Below the pieces are notes generated by a model. The model saw only the letters and a list, made by a program, of their open reading frames with translations. It searched no databases and was not told where the DNA came from. Position numbers and translations under genes: made by a program. Positions 54,819 to 64,000 of a DNA stretch of 64,000 nucleotides are shown in pieces. Source of the stretch: an uncultured Acidobacteriota bacterium (GTDB lineage Bacteria; Acidobacteriota; Vicinamibacteria; Vicinamibacterales; CAVVIG01); contig CAVSWN010000012.1 in the NCBI GenBank assembly GCA_963731545.1, positions 1,123 to 65,122 on the forward strand. The letters are read 5' to 3'. Position 1 is the first letter of the stretch, and each line of letters begins with the position of its first letter.

Positions 54819-55299
54819 TTAGGGCTTGACCGCGATCATCTGCAGTTCGATCCGCGCTTTGTCATTGAGCGCCGCCACCTGCACCGTCGCCCGCGCCGGC
54901 GGATCGGTCGGGAACGTCTGACGGTACACCGCGTTGAATGTTGCGAAGTCGTCGAAGCTCGCGATGTAGGCCGTGACCGACGTCACGTGCGTAAAATCCA
55001 TGCCCGCCGTCCTCGAGCACTTCGCGAATATTTGCGAGCACCTGGCGCGTCTCGGGTTCGATCCCGCCTGGCACGAGCGCGCTCGTGACCGGATCGCGGC
55101 CGAGATGGCCCGACACGTACAACGTGTTGCCGACGAGGATGCCCGGGCTGAACGGCAGCCCCGTGTTCGGCGCCCGCTCAGGGCGAATCACTCGACGCGC
55201 GCTCGGCGGTTGTTGGGCCGCATCGCCAGGCAGTGCGGTAGTCGAGACGAAGCCGAGCAACAGCCCGGCTGTGGCGGCAAGGACAGCGTTCGTGCGCAT
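54819..55299 (-). CDS. RidA/YjgF/UK114 family protein with N-terminal signal-like extension; frameshifted
   Basis: PFSPG, LYVSG.LG, FN.VY, PPARATV and IE..MIA. Confidence 0.88.
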
Positions 55300-55359
55300 G
55301 TGATCCTCCAAATCGGGTATCTTCATCTGCGATAACGCGACGCCGGGGGTGAGTACATC

Positions 55360-56601
55360 ATGAAACGTCATATTGCCGCGCTTGCCGGAATCATCATCAT
55401 CGCGGGGCTGACTGGAACTGTCGGTGGGCAGAACGCCGGCGCCGATTGGCCGCAGTGGCGCGGCCCGAATCGCGACGGCACGCTGACCGCATTCACCGAG
55501 CCGCGATCCTGGCCCGAACAGCTCACGCAGAAATGGAAGATCGAGGTCGGCACCGGCTACGCCACCCCGATCATCGTCGGCAACCGCGTCTACGCGTTCT
55601 CGCGCCAGCAGGACAACGAAGTGCTGCGGGCGATCGACGTCGACACCGGAAAGATCGTCTGGGAGACGAGCTACCCGGCGTCGTTCAAGATGAACCCGGC
55701 GACGTCTCGGCACGGCCCCGGACCGAAATCGACGCCGACCTACGCGAACGGCCGGCTGTTCACGCTTGGCATCAGCGGCATCGTCACCGCCTTCGACGCC
55801 GCAACCGGCAAGCAGCTGTGGCAGAAACCTGCCGGGCCGGTCGAGCCGCTGTTTCACACGTCGCAGTCGGCGCTGGTCGATCGCGGTGTGGTGATCCTGC
55901 ACGTCGGCGGCCACAAAGACGGCGCGCTGACGGCGTTCGATCCGGCCACCGGCGCCGTGAAGTGGAGCTGGAACGGCGACGGTCCGGCCTACGGGTCGCC
56001 GATCATCGCGGAGATCGACGGCACGCGGCAGGTGATCGTGTTCTCACAGGACAACCTCGTCGGCGTGGATGCTTCGAACGGCCAGCTGCTGTGGCGCACG
56101 CCGTTCACGGCGCGCTCCATCACGAACTCGATCACGCCGCTCGTCTACGGCGGCCGCACGATCATCGTCTCGGGCCAGGGCAAGCCGCTGACGGCGTACA
56201 CGATTGCGAAGAAGGACGGCCAGTGGACCGCCGAGATGGCCTGGGAAAACCCGCAGCTGTCGATGTCGTTCAGCAACGCCGTGCTGGTCGGCGACGCCGT
56301 GTTCTCGATGTCGGCGATGAACAGCGGCCAGTTCTTCTGGGCCGACGCGAAGACCGGCAAGACGCTGTGGACGTCGCGCCCGCGTCAGGCCTCGAACGCG
56401 GCGATCGTCCGGAGCGGCAACCTGCTCTTCGTGCTGAAAGACGATGCCGAGCTGATGGTGGCGCGCAGCGCGCCGGGCGGATTCGAACCGCTGAAGACCT
56501 ACACCGTCGCCGACAGCGCCACCTGGCCCGCGCCGGCGTTTTCGGGCAATCGGATTCTGGTGAAGGACATCTCGACGATCGCGCTGTGGACGGTGAACTG
56601 A
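55360..56601 (+). CDS. PQQ-binding-like beta-propeller protein, secreted
   Basis: Signal peptide, DWPQWRGPNRDG and repeated A.D..TGK..W blades. Confidence 0.9.
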   Translation: MKRHIAALAGIIIIAGLTGTVGGQNAGADWPQWRGPNRDGTLTAFTEPRSWPEQLTQKWKIEVGTGYATPIIVGNRVYAFSRQQDNEVLRAIDVDTGKIVWETSYPASFKMNPATSRHGPGPKSTPTYANGRLFTLGISGIVTAFDAATGKQLWQKPAGPVEPLFHTSQSALVDRGVVILHVGGHKDGALTAFDPATGAVKWSWNGDGPAYGSPIIAEIDGTRQVIVFSQDNLVGVDASNGQLLWRTPFTARSITNSITPLVYGGRTIIVSGQGKPLTAYTIAKKDGQWTAEMAWENPQLSMSFSNAVLVGDAVFSMSAMNSGQFFWADAKTGKTLWTSRPRQASNAAIVRSGNLLFVLKDDAELMVARSAPGGFEPLKTYTVADSATWPAPAFSGNRILVKDISTIALWTVN

Positions 56602-56606
56602 GATCA

Positions 56607-56907
56607 GGGCGACGGAGGTTACGGAGGAACGGTATTCACACGGAGGAACGGAGCAACGGAGACGCAACGGAGAAGACAGCGTGACGCTACTGGTTCGACG
56701 GGCGTCGCGAAGCGACGCGCGCGGGGAAATGAAACGGCGGAAACGAACACCGCTAATCGCGCAGGTGCTCGTTTTCGCCGTTTCATTTCTCCCCGCTACT
56801 CGGCCGGCCATGCCGGCCGACCCGTCGAACCGGAGTCTTCTCCGTTCGTCCTCCGTTCCTCCGTTTCTCTGTGTGAATACCGTGCACTCCGTCATCTCCG
56901 TTATCTC
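56607..56907. mobile_element. Non-coding MITE/REPIN-like element with ACGGAG-unit inverted arms and a multi-hairpin core
   Basis: Arms 56607-56677 and 56835-56907 match the GxxExxY-flanking repeats; nested internal stems; GATCA on both sides (56602-56606, 56908-56912). Confidence 0.7.
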
Positions 56908-56909
56908 GA

Positions 56910-57479
56910 TCACGACGAGGCGAGGCGCTTGAACGCCTCGACGCGCCTCAGCAGCTCGTCGCACGTGGCGGCGAGCTGCGTGCGCTGTTCGACGTCGGCC
57001 GAGGCCGCGGCGGCCGGCGAAAAGCTCCGTAGCACATCGCGAACCTGCTCCGCCGCGATCTTGACCTCCTCCATCGCGATCGCGAACGCGGCATCGGCGG
57101 ACGCGCGCTGCTCCGATGCGAGCGCATCGTTCCTCACCTTCTGCAGCATCTTCTGCATGCGATCGCTGCCGGGATCGAGCTGAAAAATCAGATAGTGCTT
57201 GGGCGCCATGGTGACCGCCGTCACCTTGTAGTGGAACTCGTGCCCCACTTCGTCCACTTCCGCGCACGGCCCCCACTCGCGCAGCATCGGCTCGCCCTTG
57301 TTCCAGAAGAGGCCGGCCTCCTCGAGAATGTGGCCGAGGAACGGAAACGTGCCGTCGCCGGCGAGCCGCGCGAACCAACGGGGAAGCGGCGCCAGCGACC
57401 CGAAGGACCCATCGGCGCGCCGCTCGAACACGGCGATCCCGAGCCCGTTCATCAACGCTTTCAGCAGATCCTCGCTCAT
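56910..57479 (-). CDS. Hypothetical protein, last gene of the small-GTPase operon
   Basis: Intact 189 aa ORF; small alpha/beta N-terminal domain (FPFL..F/IL.EA..FW) followed by a helical tail. Confidence 0.7.
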   Translation of the reverse strand: MSEDLLKALMNGLGIAVFERRADGSFGSLAPLPRWFARLAGDGTFPFLGHILEEAGLFWNKGEPMLREWGPCAEVDEVGHEFHYKVTAVTMAPKHYLIFQLDPGSDRMQKMLQKVRNDALASEQRASADAAFAIAMEEVKIAAEQVRDVLRSFSPAAAASADVEQRTQLAATCDELLRRVEAFKRLASS

Positions 57480-57495
57480 GGGATTTGTCCGTGTG

Positions 57496-57987
57496 CTACT
57501 TGGCCACCATCGCCCGCGCCAGCGCCGAGAACGTCTCGTCCACGTGGATGCCGCTCTTGGCGCTCGTTTTCACGACGGGACATTTCAACTGATCGAGCGC
57601 GCTCTGATCGAGCTCCCAGGTGCTGTCGAGATCGGTCTTGTTGATCGCGAGCATCGCCGGAACCGGCTGACCGATCGCCCACTGCGCCTTCGCGTGCAGC
57701 ATGAGCGCGGTGTCGAGCGTCGTGCGGCGTGTCGCGTCCACGACCAGCAGGTAGCCGGAGGTGCCGCGCAGGTACGACATGTGGAGTTTCTGAAACTCGT
57801 CCTCGCCGTGAAGATCCCACACGATCAGATCGACCCTCTCATCGCCGAGGTCGACGCTCTTCTTCTCGATCTTCACGCCGACCGTCGTCAGGTACTTGTC
57901 GGAGAAGATGCTGTGGACGAAGCGGGACACGAGGCTGGTCTTGCCGACGCCGAACCCGCCGAGCATGCAAATTTTCTTCTGAATCAC
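57496..57987 (-). CDS. Ras-superfamily small GTPase, Rab-like
   Basis: G1 GGFGVGKTS, G2 YLTTVG, G3 WDLHG, G4 NKTD and G5 TSAK. Confidence 0.93.
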   Translation of the reverse strand: MIQKKICMLGGFGVGKTSLVSRFVHSIFSDKYLTTVGVKIEKKSVDLGDERVDLIVWDLHGEDEFQKLHMSYLRGTSGYLLVVDATRRTTLDTALMLHAKAQWAIGQPVPAMLAINKTDLDSTWELDQSALDQLKCPVVKTSAKSGIHVDETFSALARAMVAK

Positions 57988-59770
57988 GGGCGGCTGCTCC
58001 GTTGTCCTGAATCGTCCGAGATGCGTCACGCGAAACGACGCCCGGCGGTTGCGCTGCTTGTCGGCCTCGGTCGTGCCCGGCGTCAGCGGCGCGCGTGCTG
58101 CCGACGCCGGTCGCCGTGAACGCAATGGCCGTGAGCGCCGGCGACCGGATCTGGGAGAGCACGATATTCGCCCGCGCGTTGCTGAGCGGTCCGTTTTCGG
58201 AATCGCTGCCATCGGTGTCGGTGTGGCCGGTGATCGCCACCTCCGCCCGCCGGCCGCGCGCGCGAAGCACGTCGTTGAGGTCGAGCAGGAGCGCCGCGAC
58301 GCCGCTGACCTCGTCGCTCTGATCGGCGACGATCTGCGAGCGGCCTTTCGGAAACTGCACCGTCATCGCTTCCAGCCGTTCTTTCAGGCGCTCTTCCGGG
58401 CTCTGCCCGCTGTACGCGAACCGCCGCACGCCGGCGATCGCCGGCGCCAGCCGCTCGCTCTCCACGATCCACCGATCGGGCGCCGATCCCTGAGCGCCGA
58501 GCACGCCGTCACGATAGTCCAGCGTCACACCGGGCGGCGGGCGCAGCAAGTCGCGCGCTCGCGCGGTGACGAAATTCGGGTGGAGGCTTTGATACGGCTC
58601 CCAGCGGCTCTCGACGCCGTCCGCCGACAGCCCCGCGGCGCTCACGAGCGACGCTGGATCCCGTGCGAGCGTGTCGCGCAAGCCCGCGACGAAGAACTTC
58701 CCGCCGCGCCGTCCGCTCGACGCGATCATGATGCCGGGTTCGGCGCTCAGTCGATCGAGGTATGTGTTCCACCGCTGCCGCTCGCGGTAGCCGAGAAACG
58801 CCCACGCACCAGCCGCGAGCAGCACGACGAGGGCGGCGATCGCCCACTTTCGATACGACGCGCCCTCTTGACGCGAACGGAACTGCGTGACGAGGCAGGC
58901 TTCCATCTCGGGACGGGCGCGCTCGAACGGCGCGGAATCTCCCGTGAACGCCTGCAGCTCGACCCCGAGCTGAAAGTGGATGCGTTCGAGCGCATTCTGA
59001 AACGTCGACTGCAGCGAACGCGGCGCTGTGCCGCGCACCACGCCGGCCAGCAGTGCGTGCGGCCCCTGTTCGACGAGCACCGACAGCTCGCCCACGCGCA
59101 TCGCGTCGAGCGTGTCGCCGTCGCTGGTCTTGAACGAATCGCGCACGAAATCGCGGATCGCCGTGAGCATCGCCGACACCTGATCCGTGTCGCGCGAGGG
59201 ACGCGGCTCCGACCACACCTCCTGCAACAGCAGTCCCGTCTCGGCGTGGACGAGGAACACCTGGTCGACGCGGTACTCCAGCGTGTTCAGCAGGACTATT
59301 TCCGCGAACGGCTTGCCGGTGCGAAACGCGGTCCACCGCCACTGCAGCGCGCGCCACGAGAAGCTGTGCTCCACCGTTCGATTGAGCGACTCCATCATCG
59401 AGGCGAGCGTGTGCGCGATCGCCTTGCGGATGGCGGGGCCCATGACCGGGAACAACGCGTCCGCGAGCGGTCGCGGATCCTTGCGGACCGATGCCGTGAC
59501 CGCGACTTCGATGGAGGGGGCGAGCGCTTTGGTGAGCTGCGGATCGGTGGCGCGGAGCGCGATCGCGTCCGGCAGCACGCGGCTGACGTCGCGCGTCTGG
59601 ATCGACGGATCGCGCAAGTGCGCCTGGAGCGCCTTCAGCTCGCGCCGTTCGGGCCCGACGATCAGCGACCGGAGTTCGGAGAAGCTGTCGCCGTCGCCCA
59701 GGTCGTTGATGGCGCGGCCGTTGCCGTCGGGGACGCGCTCCCGCTCGCGCTCGGCGCCGGCATCAGGCAT
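57984..59770 (-). CDS. Membrane protein with large cytoplasmic N-terminus and C-terminal OmpA-like domain; frameshift near the 3' end
   Basis: LADALFPVMGPAIRK, VFLVH.ETGLLL, MLTAIRDFV.DSF, one TM segment, ITGHTD, LS..RA and NRRASF. Confidence 0.85.
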
Positions 59771-60386
59771 TGCCCTCGGCGTCCGGGATCGGGAAGTCGT
59801 TGGTGAGGCGCATCGCCATCTCGGTCAGCAGCGCCGCCAGCGTGGCCCGGTCGGCTTTGTCGCTCCGCAGCGTCTGCGCCTCGTTGGCGAGCGTGGCGAG
59901 CACTTCGTCCATCTTCTTGCGGATGTCGTCGCTGAGCCGCTGGTTCTGCTCGAGGATCTGCTGCCGCAGCTCGCGCTGGCTCTTGGCCAGCTGCTCGTCG
60001 ACCGTGGTGATGCGGCGGCCGAGCGACGCGGCCGAGTCTTTGATCTCGCGCGAGAGCGTCGCATCCGACTCGACGCGATCGTCGTGGTCGGCCTTGAGAT
60101 GCTCGGTCAGCGACTCCATTTCCTTCTTGGTGTAGTCCTCGAGCGCGCTCACCCGGTTCCAGACGTCGGCTTTCAGATCGCTGGTCTCTTTCAGGATGCG
60201 TTCCTCGAGCCGCGCGAAGCGCCGCTCGAATTCGCGCACCTGGTTGCCGAAGAGGATGTCGCGCACCTTGTCGATGCTGGCGGCGCCGCCGGCCTCAGGG
60301 GGAGCGGGCGTTCCCGCGCGGTCGCCTCCGTTGGCGCGGCTCGCCTCGTTCGCCGCGGCGCTGGGATCGTCTTTGGATGAAATCAT
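59763..60386 (-). CDS. Coiled-coil protein
   Basis: IDKVRDILFG, heptad-rich body, C-terminal KADR..LA.LL.EMA.RL. Confidence 0.82.
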   Translation of the reverse strand: MISSKDDPSAAANEASRANGGDRAGTPAPPEAGGAASIDKVRDILFGNQVREFERRFARLEERILKETSDLKADVWNRVSALEDYTKKEMESLTEHLKADHDDRVESDATLSREIKDSAASLGRRITTVDEQLAKSQRELRQQILEQNQRLSDDIRKKMDEVLATLANEAQTLRSDKADRATLAALLTEMAMRLTNDFPIPDAEGNA

Positions 60387-60492
60387 TTGCCGTTCCTCCG
60401 GGAGAAGCGAAGGCTAGCACGGGCCGGTGGGGCACGCAATTGAGACCGGTTAACATCCGTACGCTCCATACGTCTTCCTGATGAGGGATGGT

Positions 60493-61644
60493 ATGACTCG
60501 ACGGACGCTCACCTGTGCGGCCTGGCTGGCGTTTGCCTCGGCGCCTTGGGCGCAATCGCAGGGACCCATGTTCGTGGAGGCGCCTCCGGTCGCCGTCGGG
60601 CCCGGCTCGGGGCAGATCCTGTTGCTCGACCTCGATCGTGACGGCCGCCTGGACATGGTGACCCGCCACCTGCTGCAGCGGAGGCTCGGCGTCTTTCGCG
60701 GCGACGGCCGAGGTGGGTTCGCCGCCGCCTCGCCAATCGCGCTCGACTATCAGCCGGGCTGGATTGCAGCCGCCGACGTCAACGGCGATGCCATCGCCGA
60801 CCTCGTTTCCACGAAGAGCGAGCGCGACGATGTCGACGTCTTCCTCGGCGACGGAAGGGGCGGCTTTGCCCGCGCCGACGGATCGCCGTTTGCCGCGAGC
60901 CCCTCGCGCGAGTTCTTCACGCGAGGCCTCGAGCTCCTCGACGTCAACGCGGATTGGCGCCTGGACATCGTCACCACGAACGGCCGCGACAATACGTTCG
61001 GGAGCCTGCTCGGCAACGGCCGCGGCGGCTTTGCGCCGGGGCTCGTCGTCCGGCGCGGCTCAACCAACGAGCAACGGCACGTCTTCGCGTTCGGCGACGT
61101 GGACGGAGACGGCCACGCCGACGCCGTCGTTGCAACCCGCGTCAACGAGGAGAGCTCGGCGCCCGAACGCACCGCGATGCTTCGAGGGGATGGAAAAGGC
61201 GCGTTCACCGAAATGACGACGACTCTCACGCTGCCGCCGGGCGCCAACTCGATGACTTTCGCGGACGTGAACGGTGATGGCCGCGTCGACCTCGTGAGCA
61301 CTCACGCCAACGCGCGGCTGCTGAGCGTGTTGTTGAATGACGGCGCCGGCAGGTTCACCCCCGCGGCCAGTTCACCGCTCGACATCGGCGACGAGGCGTT
61401 CGGCGTCATCGTCGCGGACGCGAACGGCGACGGTCGACCTGACCTGCTCGCGGGAACCGCCGCCACCGCGACGGTGCTGCTCGGCGACGGCCGCGGGAAG
61501 TTCGCGCCGGCGCCAGGTTCCCCGTTCCGCACCGGTCCGGGCGCCTACAGAATTTCCGCGGGCGACATCAACGGCGACGGGAAACTCGATCTCGCGGCGC
61601 CGAGTTTCGAGGGGAATTCCGTCGCCATCCTGCTCGGGCGCTAA
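60493..61644 (+). CDS. FG-GAP/VCBS repeat secreted protein
   Basis: Seven D.N/D.DG..D-type repeats followed by G.G.G.F; signal peptide. Confidence 0.9.
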   Translation: MTRRTLTCAAWLAFASAPWAQSQGPMFVEAPPVAVGPGSGQILLLDLDRDGRLDMVTRHLLQRRLGVFRGDGRGGFAAASPIALDYQPGWIAAADVNGDAIADLVSTKSERDDVDVFLGDGRGGFARADGSPFAASPSREFFTRGLELLDVNADWRLDIVTTNGRDNTFGSLLGNGRGGFAPGLVVRRGSTNEQRHVFAFGDVDGDGHADAVVATRVNEESSAPERTAMLRGDGKGAFTEMTTTLTLPPGANSMTFADVNGDGRVDLVSTHANARLLSVLLNDGAGRFTPAASSPLDIGDEAFGVIVADANGDGRPDLLAGTAATATVLLGDGRGKFAPAPGSPFRTGPGAYRISAGDINGDGKLDLAAPSFEGNSVAILLGR

Positions 61645-61676
61645 CGTATCCGAAAATGGTGCGGTTTTTGTTCCGG

Positions 61677-61731
61677 TGTAGCGCGGGGCTTCAGCCCCGC
61701 GACCTCCGCGGCCTGAAAGGGCCGCGCTACA
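61677..61731. repeat. GTAG-type REP doublet
   Basis: TGTAGCGCGGGGCTTCAGCCCCGCG ... CGCGGCCTGAAAGGGCCGCGCTACA. Confidence 0.8.
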
Positions 61732-61802
61732 CAAACAAACCACAACTCACTCTGCATTCACCACTGCAAACTGCTCAGGCGTGGTGTCAAGAGCTCGCTC
61801 GG

Positions 61803-61818
61803 TGGCATGCGTCCTGCA
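61803..61818 (+). promoter_or_regulatory. Putative sigma54 promoter
   Basis: TGGCATGCGTCCTGCA = GG-N10-GC, 16 bp before the ATG at 61835. Confidence 0.5.
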
Positions 61819-61834
61819 CCACGATATGGGCAGT

Positions 61835-61957
61835 ATGAAGACTTTGAATGAACGACTGCTTCGAGAAGACGGCGCGGTAGGCTACATCTTCATGTGGCTG
61901 CTCGGCGTGCCGGCGTCGGTGCTCTTCGTGATCTTCCTGCTGCGCGGCTGCAACTAG
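61835..61957 (+). CDS. 40-aa single-TM small protein, not in the ORF track
   Basis: MKTLNERLLREDGAVGYIFMWLLGVPASVLFVIFLLRGCN*; GC3-rich codons in the TM part. Confidence 0.7.
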   Translation: MKTLNERLLREDGAVGYIFMWLLGVPASVLFVIFLLRGCN

Positions 61958-61963
61958 GATTTG

Positions 61964-62025
61964 CGGGCGGACACGTGGGTCGCCCCTACGAATCGCTGTA
62001 GGGGCGCGACCCATGCGTCGGCCCG
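61964..62025. repeat. GTAG-type REP doublet, second family
   Basis: CGGGCGGACACGTGGGTCGCCCCTAC ... GTAGGGGCGCGACCCATGCGTCGGCCCG. Confidence 0.78.
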
Positions 62026-62026
62026 A

Positions 62027-64000
62027 TCAATCGCCGCGCAGGGACGTGAGCGGATCGATGCGCGTGGCCCGCCTGGCCGGCAGATAGCTGCCGATCAACG
62101 CGGCCAGGACGAGCACCAGGTGACGGCCGCGAACGTCAGCGCGTCGGTCGGTTCCACTTCGAACACCAGCCCCCGCATCACGCGCGCCATGACCGCCGCG
62201 ACGCCGAGCCCGATCGTGGTCCCGGCCAGCGTCACGACGATGGCGTGGCGCAGGACCCAGGTCAGTATCATTCGCTCTGTGGCTCCCAACGCCATGCGAA
62301 TGCCGAGGTCGCGCGCACTCCTTGACACGAGATACGACATGACGCCGCTGATCCCGACGAGCGCGAGCACCAGCGCCGTCCCGGCGAACAGCGTCAGCAA
62401 CAGCGTGGCGAATCGCTGAACCGACATCGACCTCTGGACCAGTTCTTCGAGCGGCCGCACGTGGTAGACGGGAAGATTCGGATCCACGGTGTGAACGGCC
62501 TGTATCGCCGCCGGTGTCAGCGCGGCTGGATCCGTCCTCCCCTTCACGACCACGTAGAGCGACCGCCCCACGCCTTGTGATTGCGGAACGTAGAACGCAA
62601 TCCGGCTGTCGCTGTCGAGCGCGTACTGTTTCACGCGCCCGACGACGCCGACGATGGTGATCCAGGGTGTGGTCGCGCGCGCGTCGCCGTTGCGGATCCG
62701 CTTGCCGATCGGATCCGCGTTGGGCCAGAACTCCTCCGCCATGCGTTCGTCGATGATCGCCACCCTGGGCTTGTCGGGCGTGTCGGCCGGATCGAAGAAC
62801 CGCCCGCGCCGCAGCGCAATCCCCATCGCTTCGAAATAGCGTCCGCTCACGACCCGCTGATCGGCGTTGATGAATTTTTCTCCGGCCGGCGGCGTGCGCC
62901 CTTCGATCGTGATCGGTCCCCATGCGAAGAAGCCTGACAGCGGCAGCGACGTGACGCCGCCCGACGCGACGACGCCCGGCAGCCGATCGAGCTCGGTCCA
63001 CAGCCGCCGATAGGCATTCCGAACCGCCTCCGGGTCGGTGTATTCGCGGCCTGCCATCATCAACTCGAACGTCAACACACCCTGCCGATCGAACCCGGGA
63101 GCGACGTTCTGGAGTTTGGCAAAGCTCCTGATCAGCAATCCCGCGCCGACCAGCAGGACGAGCGACAGCGACAACTCGAGCACGACGAGCGCAAACCGGT
63201 GCGTCAGCCGTCGCGCGCCGAACCCGCCGGTCGTCGTGGAGCCGCGACTGGCCGTGCTCAGCGATCCCGCGACACCGACGCGGCCGGCGCCGAGCGCGGG
63301 CGCGAGTCCGAAGAGGATCGCGGTCGCAAGGGTGATGGCAGTCGTAAACGCGAGCACCACGCCGTCGATCGCGATGTCGGGAAGGCGCGGCAGATTCGCC
63401 GGCTGGAGCGCATGCAGACCTTGGACCGCCGCCGCCGCGATCAGCAGGCCGCCGAACGCGCCGAGCGCCGCCAGCGCCACGCTCTCGCTCAGCAACTGGA
63501 CGGCGATGCGGCCGCGGCTCGCGCCGAGTGCGATCCGTACCGCGAACTCGTTCTGTCGCTCGAGCGCTCGCGCGAGCATCAGGTTGGCGACGTTCGCGCA
63601 GGCAATCAACAGCACGCAGCCCACTGCGCCGAGGAGGATCCACAACGGCCGCCTCACCGAGCCCACCACCTGATCCAGCAGCGGCACCACGCCGAACGTC
63701 AGCCCGCCGTTCGGCGGGTAGACGTCGGCAGATCGGCGCGCAGCCTCGCGGTGATGACGTCCAGGTCTCCTGCGCCGCCTGCACGCTCACGCCGCGCCGC
63801 AGCTTCGCCAGAATGTTGTAATCCTCCGCCGTCCGCGTCGTCCGGGCCGCCGCGGAGAGCGGCAGCGGCAGAAAAATCTCGGCCGACTCGACGACGCCGA
63901 GCGTCGGCATCACTTCGCGCGGCAGGCTGAAACGCGGGACCCAGGACGCCGATGATTTGATAGGGCTGGTCGTTGAGCCGAATCGTGCGACCGATGACGG
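62027..64000 (-). CDS. ADOP-type ABC transporter permease; 5' end outside the window, frameshifted
   Basis: [41 protein letters not shown] and C-terminal LRGD. Confidence 0.9.
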   Translation of the reverse strand, partial: PSSVARFGSTTSPIKSSASWVPRFSLPREVMPTLGVVESAEIFLPLPLSAAARTTRTAEDYNILAKLRRGVSVQAAQETWTSSPRGCAPICRRLPAERRADVRRGAAAGSGGGLGEAAVVDPPRRSGLRAVDCLRERRQPDARASARATERVRGTDRTRREPRPHRRPVAERERGAGGARRVRRPADRGGGGPRSACAPAGESAAPSRHRDRRRGARVYDCHHPCDRDPLRTRARARRRPRRCRGIAEHGQSRLHDDRRVRRATADAPVCARRARVVAVARPAGRRGIADQELCQTPERRSRVRSAGCVDVRVDDGRPRIHRPGGGSECLSAAVDRARSAAGRRRVGRRHVAAAVRLLRMGTDHDRRAHAAGRRKIHQRRSAGRERTLFRSDGDCAAARAVLRSGRHARQAQGGDHRRTHGGGVLAQRGSDRQADPQRRRARDHTLDHHRRRRRARETVRARQRQPDCVLRSAITRRGAVALRGREGEDGSSRADTGGDTGRSHRGSESSRLPRAAARRTGPEVDVGSAIRHAVADAVRRDGAGARARRDQRRHVVSRVKECARPRHSHGVGSHRANDTDLGPAPRHRRDAGRDHDRARRRGGHGARDAGAGVRSGTDRRADVRGRHLVLVLAALIGSYLPARRATRIDPLTSLRGD

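Noticed and set aside
56692-56831. tRNA-like cloverleaf (contains GGTTCGA)
   Set aside because: Arm lengths and order do not fit tRNA: 140 nt, a ~31 bp arm, GGTTCGA paired in the closing stem rather than in a T-loop, and no CCA end.
57496-58212. Apparent fusion of the OmpA C-terminus to the small GTPase
   Set aside because: An alternative frame ends in TGA overlapping the GTPase GTG (GTGA, 57984-57987); likely an indel artefact.
61835-61957. Flp pilin-like leader (LLREDG|A)
   Set aside because: Lacks the Glu+5/Tyr+6 Flp motif and no tad genes are adjacent.
1-64000. Widespread frameshifts suggesting mass pseudogenisation or programmed frameshifting
   Set aside because: The indels are scattered across unrelated genes whose motifs are otherwise intact, and I noticed no in-frame stops. 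This is typical of long-read consensus error; polishing is needed to confirm.

Overview
High-GC (about two-thirds G+C by eye) bacterial chromosomal segment. The gene content (PadR + 'ADOP' duplicated permease pairs, PQQ-like propellers, FG-GAP proteins) points to Acidobacteriota, probably Vicinamibacterales-like; this is an inference. Many genes are split by single-base indels, most likely long-read consensus errors. In order, the window holds: an S9 peptidase, an SDR and a PPi-dependent PFK; a ~27 kb minus-strand Wzy-type polysaccharide locus (4.9-31.6 kb) with a degenerate NtrC-like regulator near its head and a catalytically dead OLD-like ATPase at its tail; a GAF-PAS kinase with two NarL-type regulators; MFS, cNMP kinase, cyclase and an OvoA/EgtB-like enzyme; two divergent PadR-ADOP cassettes; an ABC importer operon interleaved with a STAS-fusion and an RsbW-like kinase; and a coiled-coil/OmpA/Rab-like small GTPase operon. 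The most striking signal is a GxxExxY (PD-(D/E)XK-like) gene bracketed by 88-bp imperfect inverted repeats built from ACGGAG units (44466-45264). The same repeat family brackets a gene-less, multi-hairpin 301-bp element at 56607-56907 flanked by GATCA. Together these are a candidate autonomous/non-autonomous pair analogous to RAYT/REPIN but with a different nuclease. Other palindromic intergenic families (TTCAGA/TCTGAA, GTAG-REP) are also present.
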